Source: Dehalococcoidia bacterium (GTDB lineage: Bacteria > Chloroflexota > Dehalococcoidia > Plut-88900). Taken from it: a stretch of 64,000 bases of DNA. Positions 56,365 through 64,000 of the stretch are shown in pieces. The notes beneath the pieces are model-generated. The model was not told where the DNA came from and did not search any database. It worked only from the letters and a program-made list of their open reading frames with translations. Made by a program: the position numbers and the translations under genes. Positions within the stretch are counted from its first letter, which is position 1; each line of letters opens with the position of its first letter. The stretch spans positions 960,001 to 1,024,000 of the forward strand of contig CBDFLQ010000007.1 in NCBI GenBank assembly GCA_965249275.1, given 5' to 3'.

Positions 56365-57867
56365 ATGGCCGATAGAGGCGAAGACCTTTTCCAGCAACGG
56401 CTCTCCAAAGTTGAGCGTCTGCGCGCCCAGGGCATCGACCCTTATCCCGCCCGTCTCAACCGCACCCACACCGTAGCAGACGCCTTAGCCTACTTCAGAG
56501 CAATCGAAGATTCGGGGCGCGTGCCGCGGCGTTCGGTTGCTGTGGCCGGGAGGCTTATGGCTCTCCGGGGCATGGGCCGGGTCGCATTCGCCGACATCCG
56601 GGACGGCACGGGGTCTGTGCAGCTATTCATCCGAAGGTCGGACCTGCAGCCCGAGCAGCAGATCGTACTGTCGGAGTTGGACACCGGGGACTCCATCGCT
56701 GCCGAGGGGCCCATGTTCCGCACCCGTACCGGCGAGATTTCAGTCCGTGCCCAGTCCCTAACCCTGCTCACCAAGGCGCTCCGCCCACTACCCGAAAAGT
56801 GGCATGGCCTCACGGACGTCGAGAAGCGGCACCGGCACCGTTACCTTGACCTTATATCCAACGACGACGCACGTAGAATCTTCGACATTCGCACTCGGTT
56901 CATCTCATCCATGCGCCGCTTCATGGACGACCGCGGCTTCGCCGAAGTCGAGACCCCCATCCTACTCCCGGTCGCTGCAGGGGCCATGGCTCGGCCCTTC
57001 GTAACCGAGCACAACGCCCTAGAGCGCACGCTCTACCTGCGGATCGCCACGGAACTCTATTTGAAGCGCCTCATAGTCGGAGGTATCGACAAGGTGTACG
57101 AGATCGGGCGGATATTCCGCAACGAGGGGATCGACACCAAGCACAACCCCGAGTTCACAACCATGGAGAGCTACGAGGCCTACGCCGACTACAACGACGT
57201 TATGAGCATGGTAGAGGATATGTTGGCCTATATCACGCAGGAGGTGCTCGGGACCCGGACAGTCCAGTATGCCGGCCACACCCTGGACTTCACGCCTCCG
57301 TGGCCCCGGGTCTCCGTCCGGGATGCGATCCTCGGGAGGAGCGGCCTGGACATCGCCGACCCGAAGTACTCCGACATCAACGTATTACGAAAGGATGCGG
57401 AGGCCGTAGGCCAGCGAGTCGAGGGGCTCAGCCCTGCGCAGCTTTATGACAAGCTGCTCTCCACCTTCGTTGAACCATACATCGTCCAGCCTACTTACGT
57501 CATCGACCATCCGGTCGAGATGTCTCCTCTATCCAAGCGCAAGCCCGACGATCCCCGTTTTGTCGAGAGGTTCGAGGGGTTTGCCGCGGGAATGGAAATC
57601 GCCAATGCCTTCACGGAACTTAATGACCCGATAGACCAGCGAGAACGCTTCGCCGAGCAGGAGAAGTTCAGGCTTGAATTCGGTGACGAGGAGGTAGACC
57701 GGCTGGACGAAGACTTCCTTCTGGCTATGGAGCACGGGATGCCACCCACCGGGGGACTCGGCATGGGCATCGACCGGCTGGTGATGCTATTAACGGACCA
57801 GCAGTCCATCCGGGAGGTCATCCTGTTCCCGCAGCTTCGCTCGGTCGAGCGGCGCGACCCGCAATGA
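56365..57867 (+). CDS. lysS: Lysine--tRNA ligase (class II)
   Basis: PLPEKWHGL, RIATELYLKRL, FRNEG, HNPEFT, GMPPTGGLGMGIDR. Confidence 0.97.
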   Translation: MADRGEDLFQQRLSKVERLRAQGIDPYPARLNRTHTVADALAYFRAIEDSGRVPRRSVAVAGRLMALRGMGRVAFADIRDGTGSVQLFIRRSDLQPEQQIVLSELDTGDSIAAEGPMFRTRTGEISVRAQSLTLLTKALRPLPEKWHGLTDVEKRHRHRYLDLISNDDARRIFDIRTRFISSMRRFMDDRGFAEVETPILLPVAAGAMARPFVTEHNALERTLYLRIATELYLKRLIVGGIDKVYEIGRIFRNEGIDTKHNPEFTTMESYEAYADYNDVMSMVEDMLAYITQEVLGTRTVQYAGHTLDFTPPWPRVSVRDAILGRSGLDIADPKYSDINVLRKDAEAVGQRVEGLSPAQLYDKLLSTFVEPYIVQPTYVIDHPVEMSPLSKRKPDDPRFVERFEGFAAGMEIANAFTELNDPIDQRERFAEQEKFRLEFGDEEVDRLDEDFLLAMEHGMPPTGGLGMGIDRLVMLLTDQQSIREVILFPQLRSVERRDPQ

Positions 57868-57940
57868 CCCTCCCGAAACTCCACCCTCGTTCTCACTGTC
57901 TTATACTGTTCCGAAACATCCAGACTCGAGAGTTCCATTC

Positions 57941-59209
57941 ATGCTGTCCATCAACCTAATACGCGAAAATCCGAAAGTCGTCCGGGAGGCCCTTGACCGT
58001 AGGGACGAGGACCATGCACCCCTTGACCGGATCATCGAACTCGACGAAGGACGCCGAGTAATTCTCACTTCCTCAGAGACCCTCCGCGCGCGCCGCAACC
58101 AGGTCAGCAAAGAGCTGTCCAAGATGAAGGAAAAGCCGCCTGAGGTGATAGGGGAGATGCGTCAGGTCGGGTCGGAGATAAAGACCCTCGAAACCGACCT
58201 CAAGGAGCTGGATGAAGAGCTGGATCTGCTACTGCTCCAAATACCGAACATACCCCTACAGGATGTGCCTTCGGGCGCCGACGAGAGCGGCAACGTGCTC
58301 ATAAATACCGTAGGGACGGCACCGACTTTCGAATTTCAGCCCCGGCCGCACTGGGAAATCGGTGAGAATCTGGGCATCCTGGACTTTGAGAGGGGAGTGA
58401 AGATATCGGGCTCCCGATTTTATGTGCTGAAGGGGCGCGGGGCTCGGCTCCAGAGGGCACTCATTTCCTGGATGTTGGACTTTCACCAATCTCAAAACGG
58501 CTACACGGAGATCTATCCGCCCTTCGTGGTCAAAAGGGAGGCGCTGGTCGGGAGCGCTCAGCTGCCAAAGTTCGCCGATAACGTCTACCACGACGAGCAG
58601 GACGACCTCTGGTTAGTCCCCACTGCCGAGGTGCCCCTGACAAACCTGCACAGGGACGAAATTCTCGACGCTTCCGATCTCCCCATCAACTACGTTGCCT
58701 ATACGCCCTGTTTCCGCCGGGAGAAGATGTCGGCCGGCAGGGACACCCGTGGCATCAAGCGGGGACACCAATTCGACAAGGTGGAGATGTACAAGTACGT
58801 CACACCTGAAGACTCCGAAGAGGCTCTGCAGTCCATGCTCTCCCACGCCGAGGGTGTCGCCGAGGCACTTGGGCTATCCCACCGTGTCCTTGAGCTCTGC
58901 ACAGGCGACCTCGGGTTCCACTCCGCCAAGTCTTATGACGTGGAGGTGTGGGCGCCGGGCTGTGAAGAGTGGCTGGAGGTGAGCTCCTGCAGCAACTGTC
59001 TCGATTTCCAGGCCCGCAGAGCCAACATCCGCTACCGACCGAAGGAGGGGACACGGCCCCGGTACGTACACACACTCAACGGCTCGGGGCTGGGGCTGCC
59101 GAGAGTGTTGATAGCCGTGCTTGAGACTTACCAGCAGGCCGATGGGTCGGTGCGTATCCCGGAGGTGTTGCAGTCTTACACTGGGTTCGACGTCATCCCT
59201 ACTCCCTAA
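57941..59209 (+). CDS. serS: Serine--tRNA ligase
   Basis: LVPTAEVP, CFRRE, HQFDKVE, EVSSCSNC, HTLNGSGL. Confidence 0.97.
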   Translation: MLSINLIRENPKVVREALDRRDEDHAPLDRIIELDEGRRVILTSSETLRARRNQVSKELSKMKEKPPEVIGEMRQVGSEIKTLETDLKELDEELDLLLLQIPNIPLQDVPSGADESGNVLINTVGTAPTFEFQPRPHWEIGENLGILDFERGVKISGSRFYVLKGRGARLQRALISWMLDFHQSQNGYTEIYPPFVVKREALVGSAQLPKFADNVYHDEQDDLWLVPTAEVPLTNLHRDEILDASDLPINYVAYTPCFRREKMSAGRDTRGIKRGHQFDKVEMYKYVTPEDSEEALQSMLSHAEGVAEALGLSHRVLELCTGDLGFHSAKSYDVEVWAPGCEEWLEVSSCSNCLDFQARRANIRYRPKEGTRPRYVHTLNGSGLGLPRVLIAVLETYQQADGSVRIPEVLQSYTGFDVIPTP

Positions 59210-59326
59210 CCCCTTCCCATCCTTCGTCATTCCGCCGTCCGAACGGCATCTTCCTTCTTCCCTGACATATCCAATGCACGATTTTTTCGTTAACCTAGCT
59301 GAGAGGGAAGGTTGCATATTTCAAGC

Positions 59327-60640
59327 ATGAATTGGCCCAGGCCGCACCGTGCCGGGCGCTGGATCATGGCAGGACTCATCGTGGTCGCTGCGCTAGTTAT
59401 TGCCGTGTCCTGCACAGAGGAACCCAATCCAACCCCACTACCTCCCACAAACACCATTGCCCCCACTCCAACTGCGCCGCTCCCCACACCCGTTCCCATT
59501 CCCACTGCCACACCTACCCCCACTCCTGTACCCCGGGACATCTCGCAATGGACGGCGGAGAACCCCGCCACCTTTGAGGAGATAGAGCTGGCATTGGAGA
59601 AATACCGTGGCGAGAATCTTAAAATTGGCTCCTGGGGTGGCGCCTACGAGGAGGCACAGAGGCAGGCCTACTTTCTACCGTTCCAGGAGAACTTTGGAAT
59701 AAAGACCGAGTTAATTGATCCAAATCTTTACTGGCGGACCGTCCCACTCGTAAGGAAAAGGCCGACGTTGGACGTGTATGACGTTTCGACTAGGTCTGCC
59801 AATCATCTCGGGATTGAAGGCGATTTGGAAGAGCTTACCCCAGCCATACACAACGGATACTTGTCCGGCTTTCCGGAGGTTGCTAGAACCCCGTGGAGCG
59901 GAGGTGGCGGAACCATCTGGTCTACGGGGTTAGCCTACAATCTGAACGCAATAGACGACTTGTGGGGAGGTCAACATCCGACAAGTTGGGCGGACTTCTG
60001 GGACGTGGAACGGTTCCCGGGCAGACGCGGTATGTTCGACGCACCCCAGGAGAGCATCTTCTTTGCCCAGTTCGCGCTTAATCCCGATCTCCTGAACGAG
60101 TCGGAGTCGCGTCTCGCCATCGCAAGGTTGACCGATCAACAGGTGAACCAGTCCTTCGAGAAGATGGAAGAGATCAAGCCCCACATCGACGAGTGGATAT
60201 GGGGATGGGAATGCATACGTATGCTCCTCGGCAGCGAACTAGACATATGCACCACGTGGAGCCACCGTATTTGGGATGCTCAACAGGAAATGGGGGGAGA
60301 ATCCCTCTACTATTGCTACGAGTGTGGGCACGTCAACCAAACCGATGTATTCGCGATCCCACTGAGCGCTCCCAACAAAACCCTCGCAGAGCTATTCATC
60401 GCCTGGACAGGTCATCCTCACATAAACGTGCGATTGTCCAACTACATCCCCGATGGCCCTCTCAACACCAACGCCTTACCCCTTCTCCAACATACCCCTT
60501 CCGCAGAGAGCATTGCCGCTCTGCCCACCTCCCCCCAAGCTCCTGAAAGGGCCGTTCTGATAGACGAGAAGTGGCTGGCTTCAGTCGAGGACACTCTAAT
60601 CAAGAGGTTCGAGGATTTCCTAGCGGACGTGAACCACTAG
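59327..60640 (+). CDS. Extracellular solute-binding lipoprotein with Pro/Thr stalk (paralogue of 25475-26896)
   Basis: Lipobox AVSC; PT repeats; WTAENPATFEEIE..LEKYRG..WGGAY, WADFWDVERFPGRR. Confidence 0.85.
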   Translation: MNWPRPHRAGRWIMAGLIVVAALVIAVSCTEEPNPTPLPPTNTIAPTPTAPLPTPVPIPTATPTPTPVPRDISQWTAENPATFEEIELALEKYRGENLKIGSWGGAYEEAQRQAYFLPFQENFGIKTELIDPNLYWRTVPLVRKRPTLDVYDVSTRSANHLGIEGDLEELTPAIHNGYLSGFPEVARTPWSGGGGTIWSTGLAYNLNAIDDLWGGQHPTSWADFWDVERFPGRRGMFDAPQESIFFAQFALNPDLLNESESRLAIARLTDQQVNQSFEKMEEIKPHIDEWIWGWECIRMLLGSELDICTTWSHRIWDAQQEMGGESLYYCYECGHVNQTDVFAIPLSAPNKTLAELFIAWTGHPHINVRLSNYIPDGPLNTNALPLLQHTPSAESIAALPTSPQAPERAVLIDEKWLASVEDTLIKRFEDFLADVNH

Positions 60641-60688
60641 CCCTCACCTCCACGTCAAAAGGCGTATCATATAGTCCGTCCCGTGCCC

Positions 60689-60778
60689 GGAGGGATGGCC
60701 GAGTGGTTTAAGGCACCGGTCTTGAAAACCGGCGTGCGCGTCAGTGTACCGTGGGTTCGAATCCCACTCCCTCCGCCA
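60689..60778 (+). tRNA. tRNA-Ser(TGA)
   Basis: GGAGGGATGGCCGAGTGG...CCGGTCTTGAAAACCGG, long variable arm, GTTCGAATCCCACTCCCTCCGCCA. Confidence 0.95.
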
Positions 60779-60938
60779 CTATAACTTTTTTGACTGTCCG
60801 CTTTTTTCTCATTTCATGCTTGCTCCATAGCTAATATAGTCTCTTGTAGTGCCCTGCCCCACCCTCCTAATCTTTTGAGTTCCCACATTAAGTGTGGTAA
60901 CATTCATGGGAACATTTGGGATTTATGGAGGCATCTGA

Positions 60939-62084
60939 ACCCTATCTGCAACTCGGGTCAAGGCCCTGAAGGATCCAGGACGCTACTCCGATGGTGGCGG
61001 CCTGCACCTTTTCATCAGCAAGGCGGTGCGGAAATCTTGGGTCCTGCACATCACTGTTGATGGACGCCGGCGGGATATAGGCTTGGGCGGATATCCGTCC
61101 GTCAGCCTGGCTCAGGCTCGTGAGAAGGCGGCGGACCATAGGGCCGCAGTTGCGGAGGGTCGAGACCCCGTGGCCGAAAAGCGCGCTCCTGCCATGCCAA
61201 CCTTTAGGGAAGCCGCCTACGCCGTCCATGAGGCCAATAAGCCCCGGTGGCGCAACCCCCGGCATGCTTCAGGCTGGATTCAGACCCTGGAGCGTCATGC
61301 TATGCCTAAGTTGGGCAACACACCGCTGGACAAGATACATCGGGGAGACGTGCTACGGGTCCTCACTCCCATTTGGATGACCCGGCCCGAGACGGCCCGA
61401 AGAGTGCGTCAGCGTATGAGGGCCGTATTCCGGTGGGCCATGGCCCACGGATTCGTGGAGTCCAACCCGGCGGGTGAAGCCATCGACGGTGCATTGCCCC
61501 CCATGCCGAAGGTGAAAGCACACTTCAGGGCACTGCCCTACCAGAACGTCGGGGCCGCAATGGAAACGGTTGCAGCATCCCATGCTTCGATGTCCGCAAA
61601 GTTCTGCTTCCGATTCCTGGTTCTCACGGCGGCCCGCTCCGGCGAAGCCAGGGGCGCTACCTGGGACGAGATCGACCTCTAGGGCCAAGAATGGCGGATT
61701 TCGTCTGAGCGTATGAAGGCTGGTGTGGAACACCGCGTACCCCTCAGCGGAGAGGCACTTGACCTGCTTGGCGAAGCATCTGTCCTGCGTGAAGACACCG
61801 GCCTGGTGTTCCCGTCGCCGCTAAAGCGGGGGACGCCCATGTCCGACATGACACTGACGAAGATGCTCCGTTCCGTCGGTCTGGCGGAACGTGCCACTGT
61901 CCACGGGTTCCGCAGCAGTTTCAAGAACTGGACACTGGAACAAACGGACACCCCGTGGGTTGTTTCAGAAGCGGCTCTTGCCCACAGCCTCGGCAATACG
62001 ACCGAGCAGGCCTACGCCAGGTCAGATCTATTCGAGCGGCGCCGCACGCTGATGCAGCTGTGGGCGGATTACCTGACCGACTGA
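60939..62084 (+). pseudogene. P4-like tyrosine integrase, inactivated
   Basis: LSATRVKAL.PGRYSDGGGL...GLGGYP.VSLAQAR arm domain; TAAR, MK, HGFR, LAH, AY residues; in-frame TAG at 61680-61682; no start codon after GGAGG (in-frame TGA at 60936). Confidence 0.88.
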
Positions 62085-62125
62085 TCTCAAGGAACCAGAA
62101 CAGCCATTCCGAGCACCGGCTCCGC

Positions 62126-62359
62126 TTATGAAGGCCGTATCCAGCCCGCACCCGTTGGGTCAAATTCACCCCTGGCCACCGGCCGGGACTCCATCCAGGC
62201 CGTGATATCGCTTGCCTTCCATCTGACGGCTGCGGGGCCGATCCTTACCGGCCGGGGGAATTCACCCTCCTGCATCAGCCGATAGATCGACGAGCGGCCC
62301 ATGCCAGTGATCTCCTCGACCTGGCGACGTCTCAGCAGTCTGTCATGCATTGTCATCAT
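62126..62359 (-). CDS. AlpA family excisionase/regulator
   Basis: LLRRRQVEEITGMGRSSIYRLMQEGEFPRPVRIG..AVRW. Confidence 0.9.
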   Translation of the reverse strand: MMTMHDRLLRRRQVEEITGMGRSSIYRLMQEGEFPRPVRIGPAAVRWKASDITAWMESRPVARGEFDPTGAGWIRPS

Positions 62360-62509
62360 CTCTTCATGTCCTCCGATTCGTAGCGGCAAAGTACCGGTCT
62401 TCCAGAGAGTCTCCGGGGCTCTGCCCTCTCTTTATGGGTTCGTGGACACGCTGCCCGTGCTGACGGGAATGGGCGAGCACGGGCGGCGTCTGTAGCCGGG
62501 GTGTGGGGT

Positions 62510-62842
62510 CTATCTCTGCTGACCCCGGAACGTCATCTGGAATCTCTCACTCATGAGGATGTCCAGGCCGTCGGGCATCCGGATTGCGAAGCGGAAGATG
62601 GCGTGCATCGCCCCTCCGCACGGTTCAGTGCCCTTCTTGCGCCACCTCATCAGCTGCTTGCGGTCCACGCCGATGGACCTGGCCATCGCACCCCAGGAGA
62701 GGCCGCTGGCCTCCTTTAGTCCTTCGAGGCGCTCCGGGAAGTCCTGAGGCAGCACGCCGCCCAGGTAGGACAGGTCGCTGCCATCATCGGCGCTTCGGTG
62801 CGTGTGGCCGTCGAAGCGGAATTTTGTGTTAGAGCTGTTCAT
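62510..62842 (-). CDS. XRE-type HTH protein
   Basis: FPERLEGLKEASGLSWGAMARSIGVDRKQLMRWR..GTEP; ATG after GGAGGTG. Confidence 0.75.
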   Translation of the reverse strand: MNSSNTKFRFDGHTHRSADDGSDLSYLGGVLPQDFPERLEGLKEASGLSWGAMARSIGVDRKQLMRWRKKGTEPCGGAMHAIFRFAIRMPDGLDILMSERFQMTFRGQQR

Positions 62843-63110
62843 CCGTCACCTCCAAAGTAAAAAGTTGGTTGAAGTCCTCCACACCGAGAGCCTTTTGCAT
62901 CCGGCGGCGGATGCGCCCGGATGGTGAGGGCCCCCCGTTGACCAGCATCGACATGTATCCGGGGCTGACCCCGACCTCCCTGGCGAGCCAGTTCTGGGAG
63001 CGGTTCAACAGGGTGAGCCGCCTCCAGAGGGCCGCCGTATCGAGCCGTACAACAGTTCGTCCTCCATGCTTCCGGGGACTTTTTCGCTTGTCGGCGTGTT
63101 GTGAACGCAT
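62829..63110 (-). CDS. XRE-type HTH protein
   Basis: SQNWLAREVGVSPGYMSMLVNG..SPS; start uncertain (63110 or 63158). Confidence 0.75.
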   Translation of the reverse strand: MRSQHADKRKSPRKHGGRTVVRLDTAALWRRLTLLNRSQNWLAREVGVSPGYMSMLVNGGPSPSGRIRRRMQKALGVEDFNQLFTLEVTDEQL

Positions 63111-63178
63111 GGCTATTCCATCTCCCTCGCAGAACGAGGGCGCAGGACTATATGACATCCTCCTCCTTCACTCATTGG

Positions 63179-64000
63179 TCACTGCGGCGGCATGGCCTTG
63201 GGCGAGTCCCGGTCACCGGGGGCACGCCAGGCTCGTCCCAGCGGCCCCAGTTCATCTGTGGCGACCCTGTGGGAGACCCACAGGGGGACGGTCGTTCCTT
63301 TCGCCTGCATCTCCTCCCCTGCCACGCGCAGGAAGTGGGTCGCCGCGATCTCGTCGTCGAATACGACCAGGACGTCGGGCCGAGTGCCGTGGTCGTCGGT
63401 GGGCCTGTGAGATGAGTAATAACGAAGATAGGGGGCGAGACGCTCCGACATGGTTGTTGGGCGCACGGCGCGCCTCTCCCACTCCAGGAAGAAAGGCCAG
63501 GTTGTCTCTCCTCTTCTGAGGATACCGAAGGCGTCCGGATGGACCGAGCGGATCCCGTCGCCGTGCCTGAAGTAGCGGGAGGCCCTCTTGGGTGGGTCGA
63601 GCTGGGAGACCTGCCAGCCGACCAAGACCGCCTGGGTTGTGAGGTGGGCCAGGAAGTCGTGGACGGCGGCGGTATGCTCGATGTGCCTGAGCAGTTGGCG
63701 TGTCCTTCTGCCCGTGACGCCGGTCCACTCATAGCTGTCGCCGGTGAACAGAGGGGCGGAGCTCCACCGCCTCCTGGCCAGGCCGACGGAGGTGCGGTCT
63801 CTACGGGCCAGGAGGGCCAGTCCCCGGTCGGTAGGGGCGAGGTGTCCGCCCGCGTCGCGTGGGCGGGCCACAAGCTTGTAGAATTCCAGGGGGATGACAA
63901 GCTGGGAGGCCCTCTGGTGGGAGACCCCCATCAGCCCGGCGAGCTCCGTGAGGGCGATCCAGGGCCAGTCGGCCACCAGCTCGACGGCTCGCTTCTCGGT
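63179..64000 (-). CDS. Replication-relaxation (Replic_Relax) family protein, 5' end outside window
   Basis: EHTAAVHDF, VHPDAFG, FLEWER, YLRYY, PDVLVV; frame open to 64000. Confidence 0.75.
   Translation of the reverse strand, partial: TEKRAVELVADWPWIALTELAGLMGVSHQRASQLVIPLEFYKLVARPRDAGGHLAPTDRGLALLARRDRTSVGLARRRWSSAPLFTGDSYEWTGVTGRRTRQLLRHIEHTAAVHDFLAHLTTQAVLVGWQVSQLDPPKRASRYFRHGDGIRSVHPDAFGILRRGETTWPFFLEWERRAVRPTTMSERLAPYLRYYSSHRPTDDHGTRPDVLVVFDDEIAATHFLRVAGEEMQAKGTTVPLWVSHRVATDELGPLGRAWRAPGDRDSPKAMPPQ

Larger units (their letters stand above)
60779..64000. mobile_element. Integrative element at tRNA-Ser 3' end (left part only)
   Basis: Integrase immediately after the tRNA, convergent AlpA, HTH genes and replication-relaxation gene; short repeats TGGTAACATT/TGGGAACATT at 60895-60916 resemble arm sites. 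Confidence 0.85.

Noticed and set aside
61680-61682. Amber readthrough or pyrrolysine in the integrase
   Set aside because: Non-catalytic position, no pyl genes seen, TAG ends many normal genes here, and the start is also damaged; a nonsense mutation is simpler

Overview
GC-rich bacterial chromosome segment. Gene content (11-subunit complex I without nuoEFG, F420/LLM enzymes, paralogous amidohydrolases, family III CoA-transferases, Rieske oxygenase, CPxCGGD micro-protein) suggests Chloroflexota/Dehalococcoidia, SAR202-like; this taxonomy is inference. Housekeeping genes: gltX, RluA-family synthase, lspA, ltaE, rarA, selA, nuoA-N, NAD kinase, NUDIX, greA, lysS, serS, tRNA-Gln/Glu/Ser. There are two catabolic clusters (14.2-20.2 kb and 27.2-39.5 kb), three TA or TA-like pairs, and several accessory features. 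(1) Just 3' of tRNA-Glu sit two tandem paralogous Pro-rich micro-ORFs whose shared residues are kept through synonymous codon changes, convergent with an orphan 3-TM protein; this is the best candidate for an undescribed system. (2) A licC/licD-like islet is inserted in the 5' end of lspA between 140-bp direct repeats. (3) A 1.6-kb mosaic of several REP-like palindrome families. (4) An IS481 inserted exactly into one of those palindrome types. (5) A decaying tRNA-Ser-integrated element (pseudogenised P4-like integrase, AlpA, two HTH genes, replication-relaxation protein) runs off the window end. All family calls come from motif recognition by eye, not database searches.
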